Part shown: positions 11,609-27,642 of the stretch, in pieces
How the letters are laid out: each line of letters begins with the position of its first letter
Numbering within the stretch: position 1 is the first letter of the stretch
Source: Selaginella moellendorffii
Taxonomy: Eukaryota; Plantae; Lycopodiophyta
Reading direction: 5' to 3'
NCBI RefSeq assembly: GCF_000143415.4
Contig: NW_003314336.1
Span: forward strand, 361,296-425,295
DNA length: 64,000 nt
The notes under the pieces: generated by a model
Database searches by the model: none
The model's input: only the letters and a program-made list of their open reading frames with translations
What the model was told of the DNA's origin: nothing
Translations under genes and position numbers: made by a program

Positions 11609-14600
11609 ATGGCTGTGGATGAGAGGGGAGATGGGAGCCGCGCAGCTCTTAGAGCTGCAGCTCACCTCAGGCGTCCACGCTCGTCGCGCACCTCCAAAGG
11701 AGCGTCAAGAGACCGAGATTTCGACTTGAATGTGGCGCCTGCGGCTGTGGAGCACGAGGCTCTTGTTTCCTGCCAAGAAGAACAAGAGCGCCAAGAAATT
11801 CACAGGCACGAGGCGCAGCCGGATGGGGGAATTGAGGTGCCGCAGCAGGAGGTGGCGAGCAAGCGCAGGAAGCACAGGCCCAAAGTAGTAGCACTCGTCC
11901 CGACTGGGACGTCGACCACCCCGAGCCCGAGCAAGCCAAAGCCAAGGCCAAAGCCGAGGAGTGGTGGCGCGAGACCAGAAAACAATGCCCGGCCCAGGAA
12001 GAGGCGAAAGCAGGAGGTATTCCTGTCGCAGTCCGTGCCGATCGGATCTGAAGCCGGGGGTCTGGGATTCACGGTACAAATCAGGGGGCCTCTCCACCAA
12101 CAGATTGTTTCCGAGCAATCCGTGCTTGTGGAGCGCTCTGTGCTTGTGGAGCAGCAGCGGCAGCTTGTTGTCGATGTCGAGCAATCCAAACAGCGGCAGG
12201 AGGAGGAAGAGGAGATCGACCAGGAGTTTCCCTGGCACAAGCAATTCCTCCAGCTGCAGCAAGCTCAAGGCGGCAAGGCGAGAAAGAACAAGGCACAAAT
12301 GCAATCCGTGGAACAGGGCGTGGAGGTGCTGGCTAGACTGCTCGAGAGGTTGATGCTTAAGGATAACAGCAGCTTGAGCCTGGTGCCCTTTGTTGGCGCT
12401 GGAGCTGTGGTTCCAGCGAGCAATATCAAGAAGAAGAAACCTCGGGCAAAGGTGCAGCTCGATCCGGAGAGCACTCGGGTGTGGAAGCTTCTCATGGCTA
12501 ACGAGGGAGAGAGCGATGAGACGACGAAGAACTGGGAGAAAGAAAGGCAGGACATGAAACAAAAGGCACTCTGTTTCATTGAGAAGATGCATCTCATCCA
12601 AGGTAAAACTGAAATCCAATCTAGCTGAACTTGTTTCTTGTCGAGCAGGAAATCGAAAATTTAGTAAGTGGAAAGGATCAGTAGTGGATTCTGTTATCGG
12701 AGCATTCCTCACGCAGAATGTGTCGGACCATTTGTCGAGGTTTAATCGGTTTAACTTTTACCACAGGCATTGCTTGTTTACATTCATCTCTTGATTTGCA
12801 GCTCCGCATTCATGGCGATGGCCTCGAGATTTCCAGTCAAGAATCAGCCTGATGCTACTTGTTCTTCCTGCTCCTGCGAGCGCGAACATTGCTGCACTGC
12901 TCAAGATGATGTTCGCAGCCAATGCAAGCACAAAGAAGTTGTGTGTGTCGAGGGAGAGGAGGAAGAAGTGTTTATGGAGGGGAGGCGTAAGGTCCGGCGG
13001 GCTTTGTTTACAAAGCATGACAAGGAACAGCCGCCAAGCGTGGATGACGAGGAGCAGCTGCCAAGCGTGGATGACAGGGAGCAGCCGCCGAGCGTAGATG
13101 ACAAGGAGCAGCCGCCAAACGTGGATGAAGAAGAAACTGCTGATCAACAACCGGGAGACGATCTGAGTTCCAGCAGCAACAGCAGCTGCCTCACGGAGGT
13201 AAGCGTAGCAGCTACCATCACCACTTGTGCGAGCACGACAGCTCTGTCGCATGGCGAGGAGAATGAAACCAAGGCCAGCAACAAGAGGTCCCGGAAGGAG
13301 ACGACCGTGACCGGCAAAGAGCGTGCGTTGTTGGAGCATACCCGTGGCAGCACGAAGAAGTCATATGACTGGGAAAGCATCAAGTCTAAGGTGACTTCTC
13401 GGGGACCAAATGGTAAGTCTTGAAAGAATACGAGGAAACAAGTCCCGGACTGATTGGTGTCACTGCAGCACCAAAGCCAGAAGATAGTGCAGATTGGCAT
13501 GCGGTGAGGCTGGCTGAAACGAAGGAAGTGGCGGACGTAATCAAGGAGCGAGGGATGAACAACATCTTGGCTGGCCGGATGAAGGTAAGTTGCATGCATC
13601 TAGAGCACGGGTTGTTGCGGAGATTTAACAAAGTCCGCATTCTTGCAGGGGTTCCTCGATAGGGTGTATGAAGAACACGGCAGCATCGATCTCGAATGGA
13701 TCAGAGATGTGCCACCCCAAGACGCAAAGTTTGTGTGCTTTTCCATCCATCCTGCGCTGTTTTGATTTTGGACTTGTGTCTACAGGGACTTTCTGTTGAG
13801 CATACGGGGCCTTGGACTAAAGAGCGTGGAATGCATTCGATTGTTGGCACTGGACCACCTCGCGTTTCCTGTAAGTAGCTTTACGCAGCTGAGCTAGCAA
13901 GAACTTGGATACTTGTGCCTTGTAGGTGGATACGAACGTTGGAAGAATCTTGGTGCGCCTCGGTTGGGTGCCTATTCAGCCGCTACCAGAAGAACTGGAG
14001 CTTCATCTTTTGGAACTGTGAGCCGTGTTGCCTTCTTTCTCTTGGCCCTGGATTGATCCTCGTCTTGCGCATGTAGATACCCGGTGCAAGAAACCGTCCA
14101 AAAGTATGTATGGCCGAGGCTGTGCACGCTGGATCGACTCACGCTGTAAGGCATGATCTTGTCGCTCACACCTTTTTTCTAACTCCTCATTCAGATACGA
14201 GCTACACTACCAGATGATTACGTTTGGGAAGGTAAAGAAGTCCACACTTAGCTGCACAATGTACTGGACTAAATCGCTGTCTATTCCCAGGTGTTTTGCA
14301 CTAAAACCCGGCCTAATTGCAATGCCTGTCCCATGAGAATGGAGTGTAGGCACTTTGCAAGTGCATATGCAAGGTAAGAAGCTTTTTTTCCTGTTGCTGT
14401 TTGTGCTAACCAGAAAACAAAACGTCTTCTGCTCAGTGCTAGGCTTGCTTTGCCAGCCCCTCCTACACAATGTGAACAACAAGGTGACAAGGCAGGAGCA
14501 CAACAACAAGAAGTTTTGACACTCCCACCTCCAGTCTCGTTGCCTCCAGCCACGCTTACAAATGTTGTTGCAACACCTAAGAAATGCGAGCCAATTATTG

Positions 14601-15782
14601 AGGAGCCTCGATCTCCCGAGCCTGAGCCCGAGTCAGAGTCATGCGAGGGCTCATCAACATGTCCCGACATGGAAGATCTGTTATTCACACAAGGAAGCGA
14701 GACTTTGCATTTGAATCTGATCGAGCAACCTCAGGCACCACCACAATATACTGTCGCATCTGCCTCATCCAAGGAACTCATGGTATTGCCTCCCGAATTT
14801 GCTTACATTCCCGTTCCGAAGTTAAAAAATATTTTTCGCCTTCGAACAGTTCACTATGTGTAAGTTTTGTTTAGATTGTTTCTTGTTACATTCGTCGTGC
14901 CTGACACTACTGTCCTTCACAGGTATGAGCTTCCAGATCACCATCCGCTGGTCCAACAGGTTTATTAATTCATGCAAGGTGTTGATAATTGACTCGGAGG
15001 TGTGAAAATGTTGCAGCTGGAACCGAGGGAGAAAGACGACCCTTGTTTCTACTTACTGGCACTATGGAGCCAAGGTAAGAAAGAGCTTGACACACTCGCA
15101 TGACTCTTTGACGTCTTCTCTGTGAATTGTGAAGACGAGCAACCGCAAAACTCACAGCTTGAGAATCAACAACGCGTTGATGACGAATTTGTGAAAGGAA
15201 CATTGCTGGTGTGTGAGGACTTGGTGATGATTTGCTAATCGATTTATTCGTATTATTGTCTAGATTCCATGTCGAACGGCAATGCGTGGAAGTTTTCCTT
15301 TAAATGGCACCTATTTCCAAGTGAACGAGGTAATCTTCCATTGCTCCTTTCACTTAATATTTGACTCTTTTGCTCGTGTGTAGGTGTTCGCAGACAGTGA
15401 AACAGGCAATTTTCCTTTAAATGTATCACGTAGCCTTTTGTGGAATTTGCATCGAAAGTTTGTATACTTCGGAACATCAGTTCCAGCCATTTTCAGAGGT
15501 ATGTATGGCGGCTTTTTTTTTTCTCTCTCGTGGAAGCCTGAGGCTGGATTTCTAAAATGCAGGTCTAACCGCAGACGAGGTTCAAGCTTGTTTCTGGAAA
15601 GGTAAGATTTTCTTAAGATTGGATTGGATTTTACTCAAGCAAGATGATCTCGCATCACAGGTTACGTTTGTGTCCGAGGATTTGATCGCAAGTCACGATC
15701 ACCGCGGCCACTAGCGGCAAGACTGCATATAGCCCCAAGCAACAGAAAAGGGCAACCCATTTTTAACGATGGCGATGATTAA
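11609..15782 (+). CDS. DEMETER/ROS1-family 5-methylcytosine DNA glycosylase/lyase (multi-exon)
   Basis: Domain A: MHLIQGNRKFSKWKGSVVDSVIGAFLTQNVSDHLSSSAFM. HhH: GLGLKSVECIRLL. AFPVDTNVGRI carries the catalytic Asp. FeS motif CTKTRPNCNACPMRMEC. RRMF region RTAMRGSFPLNGTYFQVNEVFAD. Start codon uncertain. Confidence 0.96.
13018..13128 (+). repeat. Coding minisatellite, 4 x 27 bp (DxEQxPxVD) in the DME linker
   Basis: DKEQPPSVD-DEEQLPSVD-DREQPPSVD-DKEQPPNVD. Confidence 0.9.
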
Positions 15783-15839
15783 CTTCCCGATCGAGGAAGA
15801 TCAAGTGTAACATCGAACCAAAAGAATCTAACTCTCGAA

Positions 15840-17476
15840 TCATTTCATGATGTCTGGCGGGTCCTTGAGGTAATCCGCCTCATCCAGGAATCTGGCTTCA
15901 GTCAGCTCCAGCAGGAAGCTATCCGTCCCGTCCAAGGACTCGTGCTCAAACAGTTCCACCGGCTGCTGCTTGCTCTTGTCTTGCTGCTTGTGTTGCTGCC
16001 GCTGCTGTTCTTGCCGCTCCGACGCCAGCAATCTGTCATACGCCTGCTGCTGCTGTTGCTGCTGATGAAGCTGCGAGGAGCGAGGCATGGTTGTCGGCTT
16101 TGGGAAGGAGGACGTGACCGCGGGGACGGAACGGAAGCCGCTGGGCGAACTCCTGCGAATGTCCTGGAAGAAAGCAACGCAGGACAAAGTCAGCCATCCT
16201 GGCCTCCGAAGAGAATGGCGTTACCATATGCCTGATCGCCGTGTCAAGCGACTTCTTGGAGATGCTCGTCCCGTAAAAGGAGGTCTCCCTTGGGCCGCCG
16301 CTGCAAGCTTTTGTTGTGGCAGGCTTCCTGAGTGGCTCCGACTTGGGGTGGATTAGAGAGTCGTTTGTGGAGGTGACGGCCCTCCTGCTGAAGCTAGACA
16401 TATCACGGTCCAAGTGGTTGTAACTCCTGGTGAGGTGGGATGGCAACGTAGATGCGGCACCTCCCAAATCTGTTCGCGAGATTGCTGCGCCGCGAGAGTT
16501 CGATGACGAGCGCTCGTGAGCTGCCGCTGGCTGCTGCGACCGGCGAACTGGAGACGTGCCCCGCGAGCTTCTGCCGTTGGACATGGTCGAGGTGACGAGT
16601 GTGGAGGTGGGAGTAGACGTAGAGGAGGAGGATCTCCTGGTTGGCGTGGATGACCTCGAGGAAGCTGGCGAGGGCCTTGTTGGCGTGGAAGGCCTGGAGC
16701 TGGTGCTGCTCCTGGGCGCTGGGGTCGGCGTGGACGGGCGACGAGCAGACGAGGAGAGGGACGGGGAAGGAGATGGTGCCGTGGACGGCCTTCTGGTCGG
16801 AGTGGAGGGCCTTGCATTCCCGCTGCTGCCATTGGCGACGGAGGTGGTAGTGGCGGTGCTAGTGGCGGCAACCAGTTGCTTGGGTCTCGAGGAGGAGAAG
16901 GACGTAGTAGCGGGCGGAGCACTCTGCCTTCGGGGACTGGGATTGCCCCTCACGCCGCTGCTGCTGCCGATGCTGTTAGTGTACAGCCTGGAGCCGGATC
17001 CTCCAGAGGAACCTGACGATGACGACGACACCAGCAGCTGTTGGGCCTCGGGCGCAGAGAGCTGTGGAGAAAGAAAGAAAAGAAAAGAAAAAAAACAAGG
17101 AGGCAAAGCAAGAAAGAGAAATGAGCTGAGCAGAGCAGAGCAGGCACATGTTCCAACAAAGCACACTCACTCTGGACAGCTTGCTCGGCCAACGAGACGA
17201 CTCCCGCTCCCTTTGAGGTTCCCTCTCCCTCTCCCTCTCCCGCTGCGTCGGACTTGCGACGAGCCAGTCGCGGTCTAGCGATGGGAATAGCGGTGTGCCG
17301 GGCGGAGTGAGCAGCCTGCGAAAACATCCATGTTTCAATCATCCCATGTCTATACGCGACATACCAATCGTAGTCGTTCTTGTCAGTCTCGGATGTGAGC
17401 AGATCATTGGATCCCCTGCTGCGCGCGTGAGCTAATCCTCCTCGAATGTGGCTTCCTTTGCCTGCGAATGCGAAGG

Positions 17477-17526
<50 letters not shown>

Positions 17527-17829
17527 CGAGGAAGAAAACAAAAACCAATCGGTCAGCAAGTTTCGCACAGAGACAAGAATGAAGAGGAATGTTCTTGTTT
17601 GTAACTAAGCTTTACCGTTGCTGCTGCCATGGAGTGGAGTGTGCTGCTGATCCATTGCTGCCTCCATGCTGCCGTTGTGCTCCTCCCGGATGCGCATGTC
17701 TTGAAACAATGCCAGATCCTCGTCCCGCCGCTGTGGCTGCTGCTGCTGCTGCTGCTGCTGGTAGTGGCGAGCTGCCACCATATCCTCCCACGACGACGAG
17801 GAGCCGCCTCCTCCCGCCCGTCGCAGCAT
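15840..17829 (-). CDS. Basic proline-rich (BPP-like) microtubule-associated protein
   Basis: EDLALFQDMRIRE, KNDYDWLLTPPGTPLFPSLD, repeated RPSTPT motifs, SKKSLDTAIRHMDIRR. Confidence 0.85.
17480..17526. repeat. (GA)n microsatellite in an intron
   Basis: About 20 GA units. Confidence 0.95.
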
Positions 17830-18021
17830 CCTCCTCGCGCTGCTGCCCTAAATCTGCATGACCTCTTCCTTCTCTACTTGCGCTTATTAGGGCAAGGAAC
17901 AAGGAATGTAAGAAGAAAGAGTGAGACGCGCCGTCTACAATGACTCGTTCTGGCACCTAAAAAACACATGGGACTATGCTAGGGTTAGGGCAATCGATCG
18001 ATCCATCGCGAGCAGGATACG

Positions 18022-20673
<2,652 letters not shown>

Positions 20674-20829
20674 ATAAGAGTGGCATATACATACATCAAA
20701 GTAAACAGCTCTTTTGGTTGTGCCAACGAGAAGTGACAAGAATTTTGTAAACTGGTTCGTCATTTACAAGGCTTGAACGACGCGAGAAAGCACCGCAACA
20801 TGTTCGTCCTTATTCGCGCACAGGGAGCC

Positions 20830-21847
20830 TCAGGTGTTTTCGACATCGATGTCTATTATATCCGGGTCCCCGGTCCCCTTGGAAGAGGAGAAGTCATCTC
20901 GTGGTTGCCACACGACGTTCCTGCAACCCCGGCACACGATTACTTGACCTCGGCTGCCAATAAACTGCGTCTTGCAGTTGGGACAAGCTCCCTGCCGACA
21001 AAGCTTGCTTTTAGCACAAGGGGAAAACTCTCCCATTCAGTCGTGTACCTCGACAATGGTGTTCCTTGCAATGGTTCCGATGAGCAAAGGCGCTGCTATG
21101 GGGAGAACCCACATAGAGATAACGAAGACTTTGAATATCCAGCCCGAGAGAACGAGCCACGCAAACATGATCGTCTGGTCGAAACGAGAGAGTGATGAGA
21201 TGGTGAAGAACAAGACGAGAAGTAGGACTTACGCTCACTAACTTGCCCAGAGGAGTGTCGAGGAACTGTGAAACCCGTCTCCTGTACTGCAAGGCAGGAA
21301 TTGAATCAAAAGAGGATGGATGGAGATGGAGGAGCTGAGAGCTTACAGTGGGCCATTTCATCCGCGCATCAACGCCAAACATTCGCGCTCGTTGCCTGAT
21401 CCTGAGGCGCGAGTCCGCGGCGTGGAGCTGGTCCTTGACGTAGTCGACAAACTCGGCCCCCCTGTGCGTGAAGCGGTACTTGCGATTCCACTCGTTGGCA
21501 TTTCTCCTCACCTCAAACCCCATGTCCTCCATTCTCTGGTTGGCACTCCGAGTGAATTGCCGCACACGCTGGCGGACATGCTGCTCCTCCTGGAATTCCT
21601 GCGCCCGCCGCCTGGCATCCCTCAAGAGCTGCTGCGCCGTGTCCGACACCGTCCGCGCCGCTCCTCCCACCTTTTGCCGGGCCTCCTCCGCCAGTCGCTC
21701 CAATGGATCGCCACTCCTGCTGCTGCTGCTGGCGCTGGCCCTCAATCGCACCGGCTGCTGCCGCCCCCGCCGCTGCATCGCCACCGCCGCGGCGCCAGCA
21801 CAGGACCAAGCGCCGCCACCGCCGCCATGCACAAGACCCTCCATCAC
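20830..21847 (-). CDS. Conserved plant (likely plastid) membrane protein with coiled region, TM pair and C-terminal CxxC/CxxC Zn-ribbon
   Basis: Transit-like N-terminus (VRLRASASS), FLDTPLGK, a hydrophobic segment, GACPNCKTQF...CRGCRNVVWQP, DIIDIDVE. Confidence 0.75.
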
Positions 21848-21962
21848 ACCAGGCCTAGGTCGGTTCCCTCATACACGACGCCCATGGTGTTTTGTATTGA
21901 CACGAGAAGAAGATATTTACACAAACAAATGCGCGCTCCACCACCGCTTTAAACTTGCTCTC

Positions 21963-23710
21963 TCAAGAGTACGACTTGACGAGGCCCAGGCCGTGAAAGA
22001 ATCGCTCCGACAGGTTCCCAAACGAGAAGCGCGACCGGCTCATGCCCCCCGCCGCCGCCACCTCCGCCGCCACCTCCGCCGCTCCCTCTCCTCTTCCCTC
22101 CTTGACTTCCTCCTTCACCTCCAGGATTGCCTGCCCAATCTCCAGCCGCAGCGCCTCCACCACCTTCATGCTCACCGCCTTGCCCGATGTGTCCGTCACG
22201 TAAAACACATTGACAGCCCTGTCGCCCCGGGTGGACACATCGGCCCTTGTCACCGACAGCCCCTTCTCCCTGAACACCCTGGTTACGTCCGACAGCAGAC
22301 CAACCCGGTCTCGGGTACACAGCTCCAGTCGCAGCCCCTGGAGCAGCTAGCGTTACTGCAAAGCGAGAGGAGATTTTTAAAAAGTACCTCGGACACTCGC
22401 CGCTCGATTGCTGCCTCCAAGCACTTTACCACGCGCTCCTGCTCGGCATCCAGATCCAGCGTGCAGCCATCCATGTGTCTGATGTAGTACTCCTGCCACG
22501 GACGAACCGGATGAGCGAGAAAAGAGAGAGAGAGAGAGAAAAAAAAAAACTGGCAAACCTGGTATGCGTATGGGCCGTCTGCTCTAGCTGACGCGTGAAA
22601 TACCACATACTCCATGTCTGTCAGCGTGCACACTGTGTCAAAGAGCAGCTTGGGACGGTCCTTGCACTGGACGCTCACGACCGAGTAGCCCTTCTCGAGG
22701 CAGTTCCGCAAGCTTATGACGGGCCTGATCCTGGCATCCAGGACCGCGTTGATGCTGCTTGTGCTGCTGGGAACATCGTAGTCGCGGTCGGCCAGCATCA
22801 TCTGGTGCAATCGTCTCTCTGTGTGCGTCAGGCCCGACGAGAAATCGGTCGTTGCAAGCCTGTTCTCATCGTCCCCTCTCAACACCTGCGAGAGCCGCTC
22901 TTTCATTCTGGCCAGCTTCTCGGGGTCTTTTATCGGGCAGCCTGTCGCCTCGTCGGTCACGTAAACGACGCAGGCAACACGCTTGTTGTGTGTCCACACT
23001 TCGGCTGCCACTACATTGCACGTCATGCCCGTTAGAACCCCCGATATCTCTGACAAGAGACCCGGCCGATCTCTTCCAGAGAGCTCAATTGCCGTGTGCC
23101 CGCCACTGGACTGCGTCCCAACAGTCGGTGCAAGGGAAGTCTTCACCTGACTCGTCGTTGCCTGTGCATCTCCAAGGGACTGCGAAGCATGGTTTTGGTT
23201 TCACAGAAAAGTTGCAAGAAGGAAAACGCCAGACCAACCTGCTGTATGTAGTCGATTATGCCCTGGTCCCTGAGCTTGTGTCCCAGCTTATCGGTGACAT
23301 GGAAAACTGCAGCGAACCATCAACAAAAAAAGCCGCGGAGACGAGAAACCTTACCATCCATGAACCAGCCACCATCCGACGAGATGTACGCCTTTGAAAT
23401 GGTGAGATCCAAGTCCGTGAGCACTTGCACAACTTCCAGTAGAATCCCGTGCTTGTTGGCACTGTCAACCTGCAAAACCACCGCAAACTCTGGGAAAATG
23501 CAGGGGAGAACAAACAACACCAGTGATAGCTACCTTGACAAGCGTTGCATCATCGCAGCTCGAGTTGTCGATGACAACGCTGAGGAGAAAAGAAGCGAAA
23601 TGAAACAAGGGCGGGATAGAAAATGGAAGAACCACGCACCTGGGAGCGTTGAGCCTGGAAATGAGAGTATCGTAGTCAGGATCGAAATAGGGACAGCCTC
23701 GCCCCGACAT
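21963..23710 (-). CDS. ACT domain repeat (ACR) protein with four ACT domains
   Basis: [71 protein letters not shown]. Confidence 0.95.
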
Positions 23711-23994
23711 TCTGGCAGGCAATCCATCCAGCTCAACAAGTTTGCGCGATTTAGCTAAGCTTAGAAACCTACCGCACGCCCGCAACTTGCATGCTGCTCG
23801 ATCACCTCAACAACAGTGGCGCATCCAAGCGCGGCGCGCTTCTCTGGCTTTCCCGACGCCGACGCCGCCGCCGCCGCCACCGACCCCGCCAGTCACATCC
23901 GCCGCCATGGCAGTGCGACGAGGAGACGAACAGTTAACCTTGACAGCTAAAACCTAGGTCCAGGTAATTAGGGTTCTTGGGGGTGTTTCGCAAA

Positions 23995-26113
23995 ATGGGG
24001 GAGGAGAAGCGCGAGAATCTCATGGAGTCGCTCTTCGGGGAGGAGTCGGATGACGACGCCGATGCCGCTGCCTCCTACTCTGTAAGTTGGATCGATCGCT
24101 GCCAACATTGGACTGAAAGATCTGCCGCTGGTGCTCTAGGAGGAGGAGGGCGAAGGCGAAGGCGAGGCAGAGGGCGGTGGTGCCGAGAGCGGTGGCGACA
24201 GGGAAGAGAGCGAGGGCGAGCGGGAAGCCAGTGAGGGCGACAAGGAGGAGAGCGAGCATGAGAGAGTGTCCAGGAGGAGCAGTGATGACGGAGGTGGTGA
24301 AGAAGGGAGCGCCGCCAGCGGCTCTGAGAACGATGGACAAGTCCAGGAAAGGGAAGCAACTCGCAGGTATGCTGTTGGCTTGTTTTCTGGCCTCGCTTCT
24401 CACGGGAAAAATCGCAGCGAGGAGGTGGAGGAGCAGCGTGGTGCTAGAATTCGTGCAGCATTGGGTGATTCTGATGACGACGATCAGGAGGAAGGAGGAG
24501 TTGACGGCCCTCGCAAGCCATCGAGTCCAGAGGTAGGGTGGACGAAGCTGCTTGTTCGTGTCATCCAAGTCAGTCATTGATAGTGTGAAGCAGGGGGAGG
24601 GCTCGGACTTGGAGGGAAGCTACCACAAAGATAGTAAGCGGGGTGCAGAGGATGACGAGGAGCAGTATTACTCTGATGAAGAGCGCGCAGAAATCAAGAA
24701 ACCCAAGGGTGAACCTCTTACAGTAGAAGTTCCACTCAGGCAACCTCCAACTCAGGCTCACAACGCAAGTAGTTTGGCACTTGTTTCTTTTTCATTATCT
24801 CGTGAGCTTACGGGCCTTTGCTTTCAGATGAATCTCGTCAGGATCTCCAACATTATGGATATAGAGCAAAGGCCTTTTGATCCAAAGACATACGTCGAAG
24901 AGGATGGATTTGTTGATGAAACTGGCCGACGCCGTATACGTATAGAGGAGAACGTGGTGCGCTGGAGATACGTCAGGAATCGGGATGGCTCGCGCTCGGT
25001 ACGCTTTTGTGATGAACGGATATTTACTTATACGTGTGTAGGCCGAGAGCAACGCCCGGTTTGTGAAGTGGTCCGATGGTAGCATGCAACTTCTTCTCGG
25101 CAATGAAGTTCTGGATCTTGCTGTTCAAGATGGGCAACAAGACGAATCACACTTGTTTATCCGTCAGCCCAAGGTTCGAACACTTTCTTACTTTTCGCAG
25201 TTCGGTTTGATTATATTCAACTTCTCTCTTGTAGGGATTATTACAAGCCCAAGGGAGGCTGGCACGTAAGATGAGATTCATGCCTTCGTCGTTGAGATCG
25301 AAGTCGCACCGTCTCTTAACTGCTCTCGTGGATTCTACGCACAAGAAGGTGTTCAAAGTGAAGAATGTGATCACGGACTTCGATCCCGAGAAGGACAAAG
25401 AACAAAAAGAGAAGGTTGTACTTGTGCTTGTTACTTAGTTCTGACGCCGTTTTGAATCTCCCAGGCAGCAGAACAGAGGATTAAAAGCAAAGAAGATCTC
25501 CAAAAAAAGCAGGAGAAGACGATGCGTAAATACCCCCCTACACGGGAGAGAGAACCTCAGCTTTCTCCTGGATACCTTGAAGGGGCGCTTGAAGAGGTTC
25601 GTCAACTCTGTTTTACTTCCTTACTTTCTTTGGCAATGGCTTATGGTAATCGTTTTTCAGGAGGATGAAGATTATGACGACGAGGGGCGTAGCAACCGAC
25701 GGTACCAAGACCAGCTTGATGCCGAAAGCAGGGCGGAGAGACGAATCAACCAGGTTAAGCGGGTAAGTAAGCTCATCGAGAGCCGCATACTTAATATCTG
25801 GCTGTTTCTTCGCATGCAGCAACCACCAAAGGCAATGGAGCGACGCCCTTCTTCGCGGAGCAGGAGGGATATTTTGGAAGACGAGGATTCAGACGAGAGC
25901 GACCGCAATAGAGGTGCGCGAGGTGATGAAGGTGAGGAAGAGCAGGAAGATGACGAGGGGGAGGAAGAAGAGGAGGAAGTGGAGGCAAGGGATAGCCGCC
26001 GCAAGAGGAAAGACAGGGACAGGGAACAGCTGCAGCAGCAGCAAAATTCGCCTCCCAGAAAGCAGCAAACGCACAGGCGGAGAGCAGTAGTTAGTGACAG
26101 CGATGAAGATTGA
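23995..26113 (+). CDS. VIP4: PAF1 complex subunit LEO1 (VIP4)
   Basis: [19 protein letters not shown], acidic N-terminus, [56 protein letters not shown]. Confidence 0.93.
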
Positions 26114-26259
26114 TCGGATCTATCGATGGATGGAGCTCACTATTCTTATTTATTATACAAGCGAAAAGATCGTGTTTGCCACTAAGTCCTTCAGGTTTGG
26201 TTTCTCGCCACAGGTTGCAAGAGTAGAATAGATAGGGGCAGCCAGGGAAGTGTGGCGTC

Positions 26260-27357
26260 ATGGCAAGTGTGCATACAAACTGCTATGTTCGTCCAGCAGT
26301 TCCAGGTGATTATTTCATTCTGGCAGTAACGATATGTCTCGTTTCTTCACTGCGGCTGCCGTGTAGCCAGTTCAAGTCGACCGCCATTCAATGCTCCTGC
26401 TACTGCTGCCTGTCCACCGTAAGGGGTATTGGTGCTCTCTTTGCGACTACTGTTTTTTCGTGCTTTCCAGGCTGAGCAAGAGAAATCTCTTATTGCTGGT
26501 GCCTCTGTTGGCGATGCCGGCGACGCCTGTGTTTGCTGCTGGTATTGTACTTGTCAATCGTTCGTTAAACTTTGATGCAAGACAGGAGCCTCAGATGAAT
26601 ATCAAGTATACGAGGAACAAGACAAGTTCTCCCTCACTGTACCCAAAGGTGCTACCTTGTTTTGCAAGTTCTTCTCTAATCGTCTCAGCGTGAATGCAGA
26701 CTGGATAAAAGGCGAGGGGAAAGTCGGATCCAGAAGAGTGGTGGCATTCCATCCATCCAAGGCTACTTTCCCAAACGGTATAACGACGAGAGTTTTCATC
26801 TCTGGATCTCACTCGCTATCGTCGCTCAAGCAGTGAACGTGATCATCACGAACCTGGGTGCCGATTTCACCGGGATCGGCTCACTGGGATCCGTGGACTC
26901 GTTCGCCGCGAGCGTGGTGAGTTGACGTGCGCACAGCCAGAGAGAGTTTTTCTTGAGGATTCACGCAGGTTGGCAGCATGGATAGAAGCTACAAGCGGCC
27001 GCCTGGAACAGCGGCTCGGCTGGTGAATGCTGTGTCGAGAAACGGCATGTATTATCTCGACTACACCGTCCAGACGCCCGGGGAAGCCCAGCGCCATTTC
27101 TTCTCGGTGGCCGGTGTTGGCGAGACACAGTTTTACAAGCAGCTCTACACGGCAACCGGCCAGGTGCTTGTACTGCTTTTGGAAATGCCGAGCTCTCAAA
27201 CAAACTTTACGTGAGTTTGCAGTACTGGGAGGCTGATGGAGACAGGGACAGGAAAGCATTGCAAGAGGTACAAGTTTCGTCATTTTTTTCGTTGCCGCTT
27301 GACTCGTGCTTGTTACTGCTGCAGGCGATAGAGTCATTCCGGATTGTTCACAAGTGA
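26260..27357 (+). CDS. PsbP domain-containing thylakoid lumen protein (PPD3-like)
   Basis: Tat-like KRNLLLL...AxA signal, DKFSLTVPKDW, DRSYKRPPG, YYLDYTVQTPGE, LYTATGQ, IESFRIV. Confidence 0.88.
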
Positions 27358-27642
27358 TGGTGCTCAAACAGCACCAGTTTCCACGCATCCAGAGTGACGT
27401 ACGTTGTTTGGTGAGGAAGCTGTTAAATCGTCCCGAGGCCCATTTATGAAGCACAGAAACCATCGCCACCGCCAGGAAGGATGTGCAATCAGCAGGCGCC
27501 GGCTGTGCTCTTCGGTTTGTTTCAACACTCAATCAATGGATCCGTGAGTTGTATTTAAACGGAGATAGCTCTAGTCAGTTTCGTTCTAAAGTTTTTCTTC
27601 TTGGAGCATTTGGTTTGTAACGCAGCTTGCTCGATCCTCGTC

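Noticed and set aside
11705-12712. 335-aa antisense ORF over DME exon 1
   Set aside because: Leu-rich mirror of Gln/Glu/Lys codons on the sense strand.
21468-22487. 339-aa plus-strand ORF spanning two minus-strand genes
   Set aside because: Antisense shadow in GC-rich exons; it crosses gene boundaries and introns.
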